DNA from: a virus
Lineage: Duplodnaviria; Caudoviricetes
IMG/VR virus record: IMGVR_UViG_3300032050_000160
Span: 1 to 57,929 of that record
Length of the DNA: 57,929 nt
Direction: 5' to 3' (one strand)
The notes beneath the pieces are model-generated. The model searched no databases, had not been told where the DNA came from, and saw only the letters and a list, made by a program, of their open reading frames with translations. The position numbers were made by a program, and so were the translations under genes. Shown piece by piece: positions 17,635 through 28,862 of the stretch. The number at the start of each line of letters is the position of its first letter. The stretch's first letter is position 1.

Positions 17635-18579
17635 CTAGTTTAGCATAGACAGTATTGATTTGTCAAACTGGTATTCCAGTTCTTTTATTGACTTATCGTC
17701 CATATCGCCTATATCTTTATATTGTTTATCTAAGTTAATTACAGTAACATTTCCTTGTAATCTTTCAATTATTTTTTCTTTCATGTTACCGCCTGCTTCA
17801 TCATTATCAGCAATAATTATTATATCACTAAAGTATCTTTGAAGCAAATCTATTTGTTTTGATGACACATTGGCTCCCAGCGTAGCAACTGCTGGAAATC
17901 CAATTTGATCTAGTCTAATTGCATCGAACGAAGACTCAACTACGTAAACTTTTGATGCTGCCTTAACTCTATTTAAATTAAATAATACTTTTGACTTAGG
18001 AAGTTTTGAGGTATTTTTAAAATCTTTTCCTTCAATAGATCTTCCAACAAATCCGACACAGAGGCCTTCATTATTCTGTACTGGTATACAAATCATATCT
18101 TGGTTTTCAGAATATCCAAGTTTAAACTTAATTACAGATTCCTTGGTAATTTTTCTTTTAATAAAATATTCTTTTGCCCTTTCTGATAAAAGGGCTTGTT
18201 CATGAAGTCTTTGAACCATGGACATATCAAACTCTGTCCACTCTTCTTTATCTACCAATTTAGAATTTACTTCAGACAAAATATCTGTTTCAATCTCTTT
18301 GCTTTTAATAAATCTAACAGACTCAAAATATGTTCTATTTGAAAAATGCATTACTAACTCTATAAGGTCTGCTGTTTTTCCACAGGAGAAACAAAAGAAT
18401 AATCCGCTATATTTATTTATTTCTCCAGCAGGGGTGCGATGGTTAGAGTGAAATGGACAAAATACAATATATTCAGACTCTGCTTCTTTTTCTACAGTTA
18501 CGCCCGATCCTGCGAGTACTCTTTTAACTTGGCTGGCTGTGTATAAATTGGTCTGGTTCCGTCTATCCCTAATATCCAT
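17635..18579 (-). CDS. dnaG: DNA primase (CHC2 zinc finger + TOPRIM)
   Basis: CPFH...CFSC, F.LGY, GFVGR, VESSFDA, ADNDEAG, KDIGD. Confidence 0.9.
   Translation of the reverse strand: MDIRDRRNQTNLYTASQVKRVLAGSGVTVEKEAESEYIVFCPFHSNHRTPAGEINKYSGLFFCFSCGKTADLIELVMHFSNRTYFESVRFIKSKEIETDILSEVNSKLVDKEEWTEFDMSMVQRLHEQALLSERAKEYFIKRKITKESVIKFKLGYSENQDMICIPVQNNEGLCVGFVGRSIEGKDFKNTSKLPKSKVLFNLNRVKAASKVYVVESSFDAIRLDQIGFPAVATLGANVSSKQIDLLQRYFSDIIIIADNDEAGGNMKEKIIERLQGNVTVINLDKQYKDIGDMDDKSIKELEYQFDKSILSMLN
17637..17666 (-). promoter_or_regulatory. Promoter in the primase 3' end driving ssb-dnaE
   Basis: TTGACA-N18-TAAACT with TGn. Confidence 0.6.
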
Positions 18580-18824
18580 TCTGCTTTTTTTCTCCCTATA
18601 TATATTCCGTATACGCTTAATTCAAAATTAAAATAATTTTTTTGTTCATTATATGATAAAGTAAATTCTGGGTTAATGTCAAATCTTGGAGCATATCCAG
18701 ATAGGCGCATTTCTGATACCAGTAGTCTGATATATTCTTGTTGCAGTCTATATATGGCTGAGTCATCTACGATAATCCCATCCAATCCAAACCGCTTTAT
18801 AGCCTTGTGTGGAAATGTTTCCAT
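18498..18824 (-). CDS. Hypothetical protein
   Basis: 108-aa ORF overlapping the primase start; TATAAT 7 nt upstream of the ATG. Confidence 0.6.
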   Translation of the reverse strand: METFPHKAIKRFGLDGIIVDDSAIYRLQQEYIRLLVSEMRLSGYAPRFDINPEFTLSYNEQKNYFNFELSVYGIYIGRKKAEWILGIDGTRPIYTQPAKLKEYSQDRA

Positions 18825-18832
18825 GGAGCATA

Positions 18833-20059
18833 TTATACTGACTTATCTTCATAATCCTTATACCTGTAATATCCCTTGTCAAAATCAGCCTGAACTAAGA
18901 ATTCGCCCATAAAACCATTACGATTCTTTCGGAATACGCATTCAATAATATCACTATTAGATGCCCTGCCTAAAGCCAATACCCAGTCTGCATCATATGC
19001 GATTTGTCGTGACCATGCGGTTTGACCCAGTGTTGGCACCGTATCTAACTTGGTTACATCATCTGGGGTAGCAGATGAAATAGCAATAATAGGAACCTCT
19101 TCTGCAATAGCCATTAACTTTAATTCACGAGAAAGGTTTTTCATACGAATAGTTTCATTATCAGATTTTTGGTTTGGCGACATTAGTTGTAAGTAGTCAA
19201 CAATAACAAAATCTGGCTTATATTGATCAATCTTTCCACGAAGAACCATGGGGTTAATTTCTCCACCAGTATCATTTGAGATAATGTGGAACTCTGGTTT
19301 GCCAGTTACGTGCTTTGTATGCCAAGACTTAAGCATATCCATTTCAACCTGTCCAGCGCTTAGTTTTCTATGTGACCAAACTCCCTCGCCCATGATTGCA
19401 AATACACGATTACGAACCTCTACCTCAGACATTTCAAGACTTATGATCATTGGACTACGACCCTGTTTCCAAGCCTGTACAGCGAAATAGAGAGACAGCC
19501 ATGACTTTCCTATACCTGGATATGCAAGGAAAACTCCCAACTGCCCTGGCATAATTCCAGAGGGTAGATAATTATCAAACCCTGGAAGTCCAGTTTTAAT
19601 TCCAAGTGCCCCAGCCTCTTGTTGTTTTTTAAGATTTTCAAAATATGCAACAGCAGAGTCTAAATCTGTAACATCAATATCACGAATCGCTGCTGTATTT
19701 TTTCTTAGTTCTGCTGTCTTAGTAATGAGAGATTCAAGAGCATCTAGTCCTAAGCCACCCTGCACATCTGTAGCAGCAGAGCGAATAATGTCCTTCAAAC
19801 TATTAGTTAGATATTCTGCTTGTAATTCTTCAAGATGATGTTTTGTTGATCCAACGCCATCTATTAATTGAAAATCTCTAAACTTATCTATAACCAAATC
19901 TGCTGGAGGAACAGATCCATTATTCTCATAATATTTTTTAATAAACTGCCATATGTCAACATGCGTGGTTAATATGTTTTCAACATTTGCTTGTAAAAGA
20001 ACATGGGCTAACTTATCTTTAAGAACGGCTGAGATTAATTTTGATTCTGTATTATTCAC
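18833..20059 (-). CDS. dnaB: Replicative DNA helicase, DnaB-like
   Basis: AYPGIGKS Walker A, SLEMS, IVDYLQLM, SRELKLMA, YDADWVL, KNRNG. Confidence 0.93.
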   Translation of the reverse strand: MNNTESKLISAVLKDKLAHVLLQANVENILTTHVDIWQFIKKYYENNGSVPPADLVIDKFRDFQLIDGVGSTKHHLEELQAEYLTNSLKDIIRSAATDVQGGLGLDALESLITKTAELRKNTAAIRDIDVTDLDSAVAYFENLKKQQEAGALGIKTGLPGFDNYLPSGIMPGQLGVFLAYPGIGKSWLSLYFAVQAWKQGRSPMIISLEMSEVEVRNRVFAIMGEGVWSHRKLSAGQVEMDMLKSWHTKHVTGKPEFHIISNDTGGEINPMVLRGKIDQYKPDFVIVDYLQLMSPNQKSDNETIRMKNLSRELKLMAIAEEVPIIAISSATPDDVTKLDTVPTLGQTAWSRQIAYDADWVLALGRASNSDIIECVFRKNRNGFMGEFLVQADFDKGYYRYKDYEDKSV

Positions 20060-20360
20060 CTAACCACTCCTTAGCCATCTTCTTACGTTCTTGTCTTTCT
20101 TTTAAATCTCTTTTTTGTTGCTCTATTGCTTCCAGTATATCATGTGCAATATAGGAAAAATGATTCCATGTAGGATTTTCTGTTACTTCAAAATAATATT
20201 CAAGTAATTCATAACATACTTCCATGCCGTAAGATTCTATTAAGGCATCAGCAGACCACTGCTCAATCCATTTATTATATCTTGGCGCCTGTCCTAGTTT
20301 AAACTTATAGTGTTTATCAAACCTACTTAACAGAGCCAAACGCTTCTGTTTTTCTGTCAC
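20052..20360 (-). CDS. Hypothetical protein
   Basis: 102-aa ORF overlapping the dnaB start. Confidence 0.6.
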   Translation of the reverse strand: MTEKQKRLALLSRFDKHYKFKLGQAPRYNKWIEQWSADALIESYGMEVCYELLEYYFEVTENPTWNHFSYIAHDILEAIEQQKRDLKERQERKKMAKEWLGE

Positions 20361-20361
20361 A

Positions 20362-20568
20362 CTAATTGCTTTCTTCTAGTTCAACCTTTGCTTCTGCGAT
20401 TTTTGCTGATAATTTATCTTCAACAAATTTATATACACGTTCAAAAGCCTGATCTGTATTTTCTCCATCACGCTTCGAATCTGTAACTCCAAGATCTAAT
20501 CTTAGAGATTGAAAATTGCCAAGATTTAATGTGTAACCCAAAGTAACTGTTACTTTTGTATCTTCCAT
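20362..20568 (-). CDS. Hypothetical protein
   Basis: Likely start MEDTK after GAAGGG; LGYTLNLGNFQSLRLD motif. Confidence 0.6.
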   Translation of the reverse strand: MEDTKVTVTLGYTLNLGNFQSLRLDLGVTDSKRDGENTDQAFERVYKFVEDKLSAKIAEAKVELEESN

Positions 20569-20582
20569 TTCATACCCTTCTG

Positions 20583-21125
20583 TTATATTGATTCTGACCA
20601 AATTGGTATGAATCTACCATCTTCAGTCTTTGTATATGTAAGTATACCATCTCCCATTCGTCTGGTCAACTCAGCCTTTGTAGGAGTAATATCATTTGTT
20701 ATTAAATTATCTTTTCTTGGTCTACCAATATGGTATGTAGCCAGTATATCACGAATCTCTTTTACTTGTGATTCAGAATAATAAGATCGTACTTGCCATC
20801 CTCTTGCTCCACCTTTTTGAGATCCCGTTGGAAAAGGAATAATTCCACGTTTCATTAATGAAGGCATATACTTTTTATGTCTATTAACAAGATCAGCAGT
20901 TTCTCCTACTGTATATGCTCGCTCTCTTTTATTTTTAAAGTCACTAATTAAACAACTTTCTAATCTATCTTTATTAATATTATAAATTGACATAATGCCA
21001 TTGGATCTGTTATAATGCACAATTCTAACAAGATCTTTATTTAAAAACCATACCTTTTTATTTCCAGGTATTACAGGAGCGACATTGTATTCTTCGCTCG
21101 TTCTATTTCCTTTTTTAGTAGCCAT
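20583..21125 (-). CDS. MerR-like HTH DNA-binding protein
   Basis: YTVGETADLVNRH...GIIP...RSYYSESQV MerR-type winged-helix pattern. Confidence 0.65.
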   Translation of the reverse strand: MATKKGNRTSEEYNVAPVIPGNKKVWFLNKDLVRIVHYNRSNGIMSIYNINKDRLESCLISDFKNKRERAYTVGETADLVNRHKKYMPSLMKRGIIPFPTGSQKGGARGWQVRSYYSESQVKEIRDILATYHIGRPRKDNLITNDITPTKAELTRRMGDGILTYTKTEDGRFIPIWSESI

Positions 21126-21262
21126 CTACCTTCCTCCGAATCAGATGGCGGATGATAAAAAATTCTTGATCCGCACATTAAACAAAAAATTTCTAAATGA
21201 GATAATGAGTTGAAAACTCTGTCTACCATCATTTTTCTTGAACATTTTTTGCATCTTATCAT
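21071..21262 (-). CDS. Zinc-ribbon protein
   Basis: CKKC...CLMCG. Confidence 0.6.
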   Translation of the reverse strand: MIRCKKCSRKMMVDRVFNSLSHLEIFCLMCGSRIFYHPPSDSEEGRWLLKKEIERAKNTMSLL

Positions 21263-21705
21263 TAATTAGGTATACCAAAAATAATTAAATTAACACCAAC
21301 AGAAACGTCACCAGAGGAATTAAAATTAACTACACCGTCTACCCTAGATGTTGTAATTTTCTTTATTACCACGTTTACGTTTTTACCTGCTTCTGTATCA
21401 CCACTATTTACAGGAGATGCCGTAACTATTGGAGGATATTTAAATTCTGGCTTTATTTGATAGGAAAAAGATTGCTGGCTTCCGACGCTCTGGTTGCTAC
21501 TCTTAACAACATCAATATATCCTGCTATAACTCTTGTTTCAGATATTTTTGCACTCTGAGATGTAAAGTTAGGAACATCTACCGTAACATATTTATAAAT
21601 TGCAGGGGATACCTGAACAGATAAATCATTGATAGCACGAACTATTTGATCTATATAAGATACATCTATTGGTTGTCCTGGTTCTGGTGATGGTATTTTT
21701 GCCAT
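21262..21705 (-). CDS. Putative minor virion protein
   Basis: P.PGQPID N-terminus and F.YPPIVTAS beta-rich C-terminus as in tail-fibre accessory domains; end of the tail module. Confidence 0.5.
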   Translation of the reverse strand: MAKIPSPEPGQPIDVSYIDQIVRAINDLSVQVSPAIYKYVTVDVPNFTSQSAKISETRVIAGYIDVVKSSNQSVGSQQSFSYQIKPEFKYPPIVTASPVNSGDTEAGKNVNVVIKKITTSRVDGVVNFNSSGDVSVGVNLIIFGIPN

Positions 21706-21721
21706 TATTCCTCCTGTCTAA

Positions 21722-22162
21722 TTATACCAGACTGCCTTCATTTTCAAATAATATAGCATCTGCAAATCTTTCTAACGGTATGGTTTTTGTTTGTACAGCA
21801 ATATGAACATATGTTTTTGCTGCATCATAAACTATAGAATAATTTGTTTGAGATGTTTTAGTATAAAACTGCCATCCAGAATTATTCCATTTTACATATA
21901 TACAATATTCTTCCATCCCAGCCTGTGGCTGCCACGCTAAATTAATAACTCTATTTGTCTTATCTATAATCATACTATTTAAAATTTCTGATGGAGTATC
22001 TTCTGCTATAATTTTATACGCTGGAGACCAGTGCGACATTCTATTTTTATCTTCAGATATAAATCTATATCTTAAAACATATTTTCTATTCTCGCCAAAA
22101 AATCCAGGTAGTTTTGATTTTGGTATAATAATTTTTTTAATACCAGAGTCTGGAGTAGGCAT
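21722..22162 (-). CDS. Putative minor tail protein (FN3-like)
   Basis: LRYRFISEDKNRMSHWSP, beta-rich; tail module. Confidence 0.5.
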   Translation of the reverse strand: MPTPDSGIKKIIIPKSKLPGFFGENRKYVLRYRFISEDKNRMSHWSPAYKIIAEDTPSEILNSMIIDKTNRVINLAWQPQAGMEEYCIYVKWNNSGWQFYTKTSQTNYSIVYDAAKTYVHIAVQTKTIPLERFADAILFENEGSLV

Positions 22163-23280
22163 TATTGCACATCCAAAGCAAATCTAAACTCTATATAATT
22201 GCTTGTATTTGCTGCCTTAATAATAGTCTCTGCATTTGTATTTTTTAAAACTGTATAGCCAGTCATTCCATAAACTGGATTGATTGTAGAAATATTTTCA
22301 AATCTTATTGCATCAAGGCCAATATAAAAGTCTGGAGATGGTACGCCATTGTTTATTACAGTAGTATATATTTTTACAATACTAACATTATTCCATGTGA
22401 AGCCAGTGCTTTTATATAGTTCCTGTATTTGTTTGGTTATAACATGATACCTATTAGTTGCAAAGTTATAATCATTTGCATTCATTACAACTTCAAATCT
22501 AGCCCACTCTGCAACTCCAGCCGTATCACTTTCTGCAAACTCTAATAATATTCTTACTTCGTCTGGAACAATAGAAGGATCTGGATCTTTGTTTATAATA
22601 CTAAATGCTAATTTAATTTGATCAGTAGGTGCATTAGAGTTAAAGTCTAATCCCACACCCAAAAGATGGATGTGGTTTGACCCTGATGTTATATTTAAAT
22701 GACCTCCAGAAACTGTCAAGTTTGCTGAATCACCTTTTAACATAACTATATTATTATAAAAACGTGCTCTCTCATATCTTGAGATTCTGTCAGTATTTGT
22801 AAATAATCTGTTATCAGAGTTTGTCTGAAATGCATCATATGGCTGATTAATAACATTGTCATTATTTGATCCATCCAATGGTGCATAAACAATCGGAAGT
22901 GCTGTTGCAGAAGACTGATTATGATATTCCCAATTTTCATTTACAGTAAATGCAAATAATGTTCTACTGTCATATGCTCCTGCAGATGGATTAGCACCAG
23001 CAGAGTAAACTCCTACTTCAGAAATCTCATATCTTTCATCTGTTGGCAATTCTGCTGTAAGAACTATTTTATCTAATCCATCTTCATTTACATACCCTCT
23101 TGATGTAACTGGAACTCTAAACATTTCAAAATCTAACGATTGCTTACTAGAATAGTCTCCAAAATTTTGATTTGTTGCTAATGGCTTGGCTCCGCATCCT
23201 ATTGCAATATAAGATGCATAGGCTGGCGCCTGGCCAATTAAATATTTTGCTAATATCGCTTTTCCTGTATTTGTAATCAT
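22162..23280 (-). CDS. Minor tail protein
   Basis: MITNTGK...YIAIGCG...ISEVGVY, typical of tail-fibre/baseplate attachment N-termini. Confidence 0.65.
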   Translation of the reverse strand: MITNTGKAILAKYLIGQAPAYASYIAIGCGAKPLATNQNFGDYSSKQSLDFEMFRVPVTSRGYVNEDGLDKIVLTAELPTDERYEISEVGVYSAGANPSAGAYDSRTLFAFTVNENWEYHNQSSATALPIVYAPLDGSNNDNVINQPYDAFQTNSDNRLFTNTDRISRYERARFYNNIVMLKGDSANLTVSGGHLNITSGSNHIHLLGVGLDFNSNAPTDQIKLAFSIINKDPDPSIVPDEVRILLEFAESDTAGVAEWARFEVVMNANDYNFATNRYHVITKQIQELYKSTGFTWNNVSIVKIYTTVINNGVPSPDFYIGLDAIRFENISTINPVYGMTGYTVLKNTNAETIIKAANTSNYIEFRFALDVQ

Positions 23281-23780
23281 GGATTCACCTCATATATTGT
23301 ATCATCTAATACTTCGCCGTCAGCGACTATTGAAACCTCTACCTGCTCGTCCCGCCCTAAGTTAACTACATTTATAACAAGGTTTCCAGTCTCTGAATCA
23401 ATATATACAATAGAGCAGTTTGGACCAGTACCGCAAGATGGCACTTTGGCTGAAAAGTTTATAGGGAATTTTTTAAAATAGTTTGAATCTGTATCTTGCA
23501 ATGCCAATATATTTTGAGGATTATACTGAAAATATAAGTTAGTTAAATTCTTTATTGGTTGATAAGAAATATTTTGACCATTTATAATATCAGACCTTAA
23601 AATATTTATAAGTTCTTGACCACCTATATTTTCAAATATTAGATCTGTCATTATTTCTATAGGAGTTGTCTCATCATCAAAAAGAATAATATCTGTAGTT
23701 GCTGCTTTTACATCTTGATTATCTTGATTAGGATTTGGACTTGAAGAGGGTAGATCTGGAGTACTGTTTACTGGTGACAT
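23277..23780 (-). CDS. Putative minor tail protein
   Basis: Tail module position; likely start MSPVN right after the upstream TAG. Confidence 0.5.
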   Translation of the reverse strand: MSPVNSTPDLPSSSPNPNQDNQDVKAATTDIILFDDETTPIEIMTDLIFENIGGQELINILRSDIINGQNISYQPIKNLTNLYFQYNPQNILALQDTDSNYFKKFPINFSAKVPSCGTGPNCSIVYIDSETGNLVINVVNLGRDEQVEVSIVADGEVLDDTIYEVNP

Positions 23781-23781
23781 A

Positions 23782-26700
23782 CTAAACCTCACTCATATAC
23801 AGTGTCATCTGTGGACCACTGCTATTTTTATTATATTCCATATGATAAATGACAAATCTTGTATCTTCTGAAGATATTATATCATTATTAGAACTATCTT
23901 TATATTTTATATTTACAATATCTCCTAATTGAATCATAGGATTAGTAAATACTTTTACTCCAACATTTTTTCTTGGCTTTAGCATTTTATTAATCATCCA
24001 ACCCATTAAATCATTTGCATCATCGTTTGACTGGATATAGACTGGATTTAATGAAAATTCTTTTTTACCATAAGATAGTCTACTTGTTTTTATCTTATCG
24101 TAATCTAGTGCGGATCTTATTGGAGAAACAATAAGACCATCTTTTCCTATTGCTGGATCAGAAAAGTTCGCATTCTTAGCAAAATAAGAATCAACAGTTA
24201 GTTGATCATTTGATTCTTGTGTAAATGTAATACCTTGAATTCTTAAATAGTTACCACTTGTTTCATCTAGATTAAGAGATGTATCTGTAGCATTAAAGAC
24301 CATAAATTCTGCGCCATATGATCCTGCCTTAAATCCTGAAATTGCATATCCTTTTATTCTATTGAATGTTGGAGAAAGTTGTGCGTATAAAGCGGGATAG
24401 GCTTTATCATATCTTATTTTTAGATAAGCGGCTTCTCTCATAATTGTTCCAAATTCATCAAAATAAATATTAAATGATGGCGGCTGACTCATATTAATTC
24501 CAGATAAATATGTTGACTGAACCATTCCAGACATTGCATATTTTCTAAATGATTCATTTGTTGTAATGTGCTCATCTCCAAATGCTGCAGCAACTGGAGT
24601 ATCAATGGTTGATGCTGTGTTTTGGCTATAATTACTTGCAAGAGCATAAATATTTTCAAACATACATTTTGATCCACCACGAACAAATAACGCAACATTA
24701 TTATAAATTGGCAAAGGAGATGAGTCATCAACAATTTTTATTAAGTTATTGTTCATGTATAGGTAAAATCTTCTGAATGATCCCACATCTTCATACTCTA
24801 CTGCAAGATCATATACAGTTGGACTTTGCTCACCAAGCATTCTGGACTGTCCTGTAAATTTACCATCATCAACTATAATATTGCTAAGTCCTCCCCAAAG
24901 TTTTACAGGAATAGCCTTACCACTTGGGTCTGAATAAATTTTATAAAATATCACATTGTGAAGATTGTCTACTTCTGAAGAATACTCGCTTATATTTTTT
25001 TCTGTTAATGCAATAACCTCTAAGTAATATCCAACATTAGTTGTTGGATTTATCATAACACCAATGCCACCAGACCCACCAGAAATATTTAATTGCTGAT
25101 TTGGCTGACTTCCTGGCAAAACATATACTGGCATAGAGTTAACTGGTGTTTGTTCTTTAGTATCACTTACTTCAAGTTTGCCTATGATTCTCATTCTTGT
25201 TCCAAAATGCTTATACTTATTATCTAATGGCTTGTATTGATAGGAAACAAATTTTAATGGAGTTTCTATGGTGCTGAAAGAAGGCCCACTCATAACTAAA
25301 GCAGATGCTTGAACTGATCCTGCCTGAGTAGATTTAGTTGTATTGGTTTGAGACTCATTAACGTATGAATGAGATAAAAAGTTTTTAATTATGCTAGATC
25401 TTACTGTTTCCTTTGCTTTATTATTATTAACACCAGCAGGAATGGATGTTCCCAAAGATAAGGTTGCTATATCATTATTATCTAATATATCTTGTTCATT
25501 TAATCCAAACAGATGCTTACTTTCCATATTCATTCCACGAACATATAAATCGTTATACCAGTGTGAGTTTAATCCAGCATCATGAGAAACTATTGTAGTT
25601 CCAAATTGTCCACGTCCGTGTCTTGCCACTTCTCCATTTTTCATTACAGTCTTACCGTTAATTTCTTCATATTTAGGTTCAGCATATATTCTAACAAGGC
25701 CAGTCGGATATATTTTTCCATTAAATGATAACTTAGACATATAGTCTTGATATTCTTGATTACTACTAATCCATACATTTCCTACTGCCCCGACTGTTTC
25801 TGTTGTATACAATATCTTTCCATCTTTTTCTCCAGTTATAATATTTTTTTCTGTTCCAGGAATATTATATTGAACAGCGTCAAACTTTATAATTTCACCA
25901 TTAGCATAAAAATATCCGTTATGTCTTCCTAGCCAATAAACTGCTTCTCCTAAATCTATAACATTATCTATCAAAGTATTATTTACAACATTTGGAACCT
26001 TAGAAGACAAATTAGAATTTAGTGGGATTGCAGAAAGATTATATGACGACTGATCTCTAGTTTCATTGTTAATTGATCTAAGATTTTTATCTCCAACTAT
26101 TTCCCATAATAGTACTGGTTTATATATCCAATTTTTAGCAGCAACTTCATTATCAATCATAGATGCTTGTTTTATACTTCCATAAGATCTTTGAATATAT
26201 CTTGTATCGTAATTAATTACTCCATCATTATATACATTTTTTTCTTCAGAAGACACCTCAATAATATTGGCAAGTTTACTTTGCTTATCTTTGTTTTCAA
26301 TAACACCAGTATCTATAAGGTCGTCTGATCCAATAAGCGACATATCTATATTTCTATCTGTGTTTGATGGCATCATATAATTTTTACTCATCATAACAAA
26401 GTTATTGTATTCATCAAAAAACATTGATGTTTGAGTTGAAACAGCAAGATCATTTAATACCTCCGATATTGTTCTATCTGGTGCTATATAAAAGAAAGGT
26501 ATTATTAATTCTTTTTCCCCTAAAATTCTTTTAAAGGTATAGTTAGAAAACCCTATAGAGTCTAACAGTAAAGATACTGCATAACTAAGAGATACATTTG
26601 GGACAAGCATTTCTGGCGCCTTAGTTGATTCAAAATAAAAATATAAATCTCGTAAATTAATATCTACTTTTCTATTAGAATGAGAAAAACCAAAAAACCC

Positions 26701-28179
26701 TTCAGAGTACATAGTCTTTATGGGGATAAAGTAATCATACCCACTAACATTAACAATAATTTCATAAAACTTAATCTGTAGATTATTTGATGCATAGTCT
26801 TTTATTATACTTAAACTATTGTTTTCGCTAAACGCATTATCATAGTCAAAAATTTGTACCTTGCCGTTAGATGCCAAAAGTTGTCCTACAGGCAATCCGC
26901 TAGTTCCCAAATCTGAGGCAGTCTTAGATAAATCAAAACTTACCACCTTGTCTGATATATCTGCACAAAGTCTTGGTGAAAGTTCAATAAGATCAAAAGT
27001 AGAATTTATCTTATTCATACTATCAACAACAATTCTTAAACCCTTGATATATTCAAATTCACGATAAATATTTTTGTTTTCTGAACTTGATAAAAATTTT
27101 GGAGGATTTACAAAATCAGTAACAAAATTAGTTAAACGGTCTACAGTTTCTTCTGCCAATATCCATCCGTATTCTGGAGTAAAGGTTTCCCAATCATTAT
27201 TAAACCAAATATGATATTGGCCTATATCAGATTCATCTGATTTAACTAAATAAGCGTATCCCTCAATGGATTTTTCTGGTAGAAATAATACATTATTATA
27301 TTCTTCAGCCCTTATAAAAACATCTTTGTACTTATCTGGAACAATTAAGCCATAAGATATTTCAACATATCCATCTTCTTTTATTATTGGAGTGCCGTCT
27401 TTTCTTGTAGTACCAGAATTAAAAGATATGACATCTATCCAATTATTATTATTTAATAGTTGTACTTTCCATTTTACTGGTGTAGTTTTATTGGAATCTC
27501 CATAAAATGGATCTGAAAATGATCCTGATGAATTAGAGAATGGTCCAAGATCTACAGAGCCAACATTTGTCTGCATTTTAATAACTATTCTATTTGCAGG
27601 TACTGGATTTTCATACACTACGAATGGTGCTGTATCATCTATATAATTTTGCCCATTAAATAACTTATTTGCTATACCTCTTAAATTTCCAGAATCTGTT
27701 CTAAAGGAAGTCCAATATTTAAAGTTATCATTTTTATCTGCCATATAGTATCTAGGCCTATTTGACATATTCATGTTAGAATGATGAAGTTTTCTACCTG
27801 GAAGATATGCTGCCTTATTTATTCCAGAGCGTGGTCTAAATCTTTTAAAGCAGTCTTCTAAAGAATATAACATTTCATTCTTTTTATTTTGTGCCAATAA
27901 AAACCAGGGCTGAGAGTTATTTTCTGGATCTATTCCGCCATCAATTTTTACATCAGCATCAGTTGCTCCAGTATAAAAATTACCTGTGTCATTTACATCA
28001 AAGGTATTTGGAATTGTTTTATATTTATCAGATATATCTGATGATGGTCTATATCTATAATTTCCTATTCTAAAAATATTTTTTGCAATGTTCATATTCC
28101 ACTCTGCAATAACTGCAGACTGTGTCCTAACAGTTGGAGATGTTTCTAAATATGTTTTAAGTTCTTCGTTTTGAAACAT
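23782..28179 (-). CDS. Large tail-tip/hub protein
   Basis: About 1465 aa, second gene after the tape measure; FFDEYNNFV and IQLGDIV motifs; TAATG coupling supports the start MFQNEE at 28179. Confidence 0.65.
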   Translation of the reverse strand: MFQNEELKTYLETSPTVRTQSAVIAEWNMNIAKNIFRIGNYRYRPSSDISDKYKTIPNTFDVNDTGNFYTGATDADVKIDGGIDPENNSQPWFLLAQNKKNEMLYSLEDCFKRFRPRSGINKAAYLPGRKLHHSNMNMSNRPRYYMADKNDNFKYWTSFRTDSGNLRGIANKLFNGQNYIDDTAPFVVYENPVPANRIVIKMQTNVGSVDLGPFSNSSGSFSDPFYGDSNKTTPVKWKVQLLNNNNWIDVISFNSGTTRKDGTPIIKEDGYVEISYGLIVPDKYKDVFIRAEEYNNVLFLPEKSIEGYAYLVKSDESDIGQYHIWFNNDWETFTPEYGWILAEETVDRLTNFVTDFVNPPKFLSSSENKNIYREFEYIKGLRIVVDSMNKINSTFDLIELSPRLCADISDKVVSFDLSKTASDLGTSGLPVGQLLASNGKVQIFDYDNAFSENNSLSIIKDYASNNLQIKFYEIIVNVSGYDYFIPIKTMYSEGFFGFSHSNRKVDINLRDLYFYFESTKAPEMLVPNVSLSYAVSLLLDSIGFSNYTFKRILGEKELIIPFFYIAPDRTISEVLNDLAVSTQTSMFFDEYNNFVMMSKNYMMPSNTDRNIDMSLIGSDDLIDTGVIENKDKQSKLANIIEVSSEEKNVYNDGVINYDTRYIQRSYGSIKQASMIDNEVAAKNWIYKPVLLWEIVGDKNLRSINNETRDQSSYNLSAIPLNSNLSSKVPNVVNNTLIDNVIDLGEAVYWLGRHNGYFYANGEIIKFDAVQYNIPGTEKNIITGEKDGKILYTTETVGAVGNVWISSNQEYQDYMSKLSFNGKIYPTGLVRIYAEPKYEEINGKTVMKNGEVARHGRGQFGTTIVSHDAGLNSHWYNDLYVRGMNMESKHLFGLNEQDILDNNDIATLSLGTSIPAGVNNNKAKETVRSSIIKNFLSHSYVNESQTNTTKSTQAGSVQASALVMSGPSFSTIETPLKFVSYQYKPLDNKYKHFGTRMRIIGKLEVSDTKEQTPVNSMPVYVLPGSQPNQQLNISGGSGGIGVMINPTTNVGYYLEVIALTEKNISEYSSEVDNLHNVIFYKIYSDPSGKAIPVKLWGGLSNIIVDDGKFTGQSRMLGEQSPTVYDLAVEYEDVGSFRRFYLYMNNNLIKIVDDSSPLPIYNNVALFVRGGSKCMFENIYALASNYSQNTASTIDTPVAAAFGDEHITTNESFRKYAMSGMVQSTYLSGINMSQPPSFNIYFDEFGTIMREAAYLKIRYDKAYPALYAQLSPTFNRIKGYAISGFKAGSYGAEFMVFNATDTSLNLDETSGNYLRIQGITFTQESNDQLTVDSYFAKNANFSDPAIGKDGLIVSPIRSALDYDKIKTSRLSYGKKEFSLNPVYIQSNDDANDLMGWMINKMLKPRKNVGVKVFTNPMIQLGDIVNIKYKDSSNNDIISSEDTRFVIYHMEYNKNSSGPQMTLYMSEV

Positions 28180-28862
28180 TATACCTCTTCCAGAGTTACA
28201 GAAATATTCCAAAAGTCAAAGTTACTTCCACCACGTTTTACAACACTATAAGTAAAATCTGCAAAGTACATTTGCATCAATTGACTATATTGCCCTAAGT
28301 GTCCATATGCTTTAGAATCTTTTCCAAAATTAGAATATTTATCATATGATAAATAAACCCAAAATGGACCTTGATGGTTTTCGTACCAGTCTAATATTTC
28401 TACTCCACCTGCTCCACCATCTGTTGTATATTGTAGATCTGCGCCAGTACTTAATCCATATCCATTGTTTGGAGAAATTCCTGTTGTAGCATTAAAATCT
28501 GGTACAGTAAAATATGATCGTGATGGCAACATTTGCCAGGATGTTGAAAGTTGTAACTTATCAGCAATATGATAAGATCTCATTCTTCCATTAATCATTC
28601 TTTCTCTTGTTTCAATTCTCGTAGTATTAAAATCTAATGAACTTCTATTGTCGTCAGATAAAATTAAAAATTGATTGTATACAGATTCATCTGTCTCTGA
28701 ACCTGGATTTTGTCCTATCTCTAATCCATTAGGAACATATACCTTAAAATCTGGATCGCCTTCTTTTGGAGCAGAAACTAATGTACCAGAATTATTGGCC
28801 CAAAGCATTGCTTGTGGCCTTTGATACTTTTTCCTACCTGTCATATACGATAGCGTTGACAT
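28179..28862 (-). CDS. Distal tail (Dit-like) protein
   Basis: Directly after the tape measure; RMINGRMRSY, ends WNISVTLEEV. Confidence 0.6.
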   Translation of the reverse strand: MSTLSYMTGRKKYQRPQAMLWANNSGTLVSAPKEGDPDFKVYVPNGLEIGQNPGSETDESVYNQFLILSDDNRSSLDFNTTRIETRERMINGRMRSYHIADKLQLSTSWQMLPSRSYFTVPDFNATTGISPNNGYGLSTGADLQYTTDGGAGGVEILDWYENHQGPFWVYLSYDKYSNFGKDSKAYGHLGQYSQLMQMYFADFTYSVVKRGGSNFDFWNISVTLEEV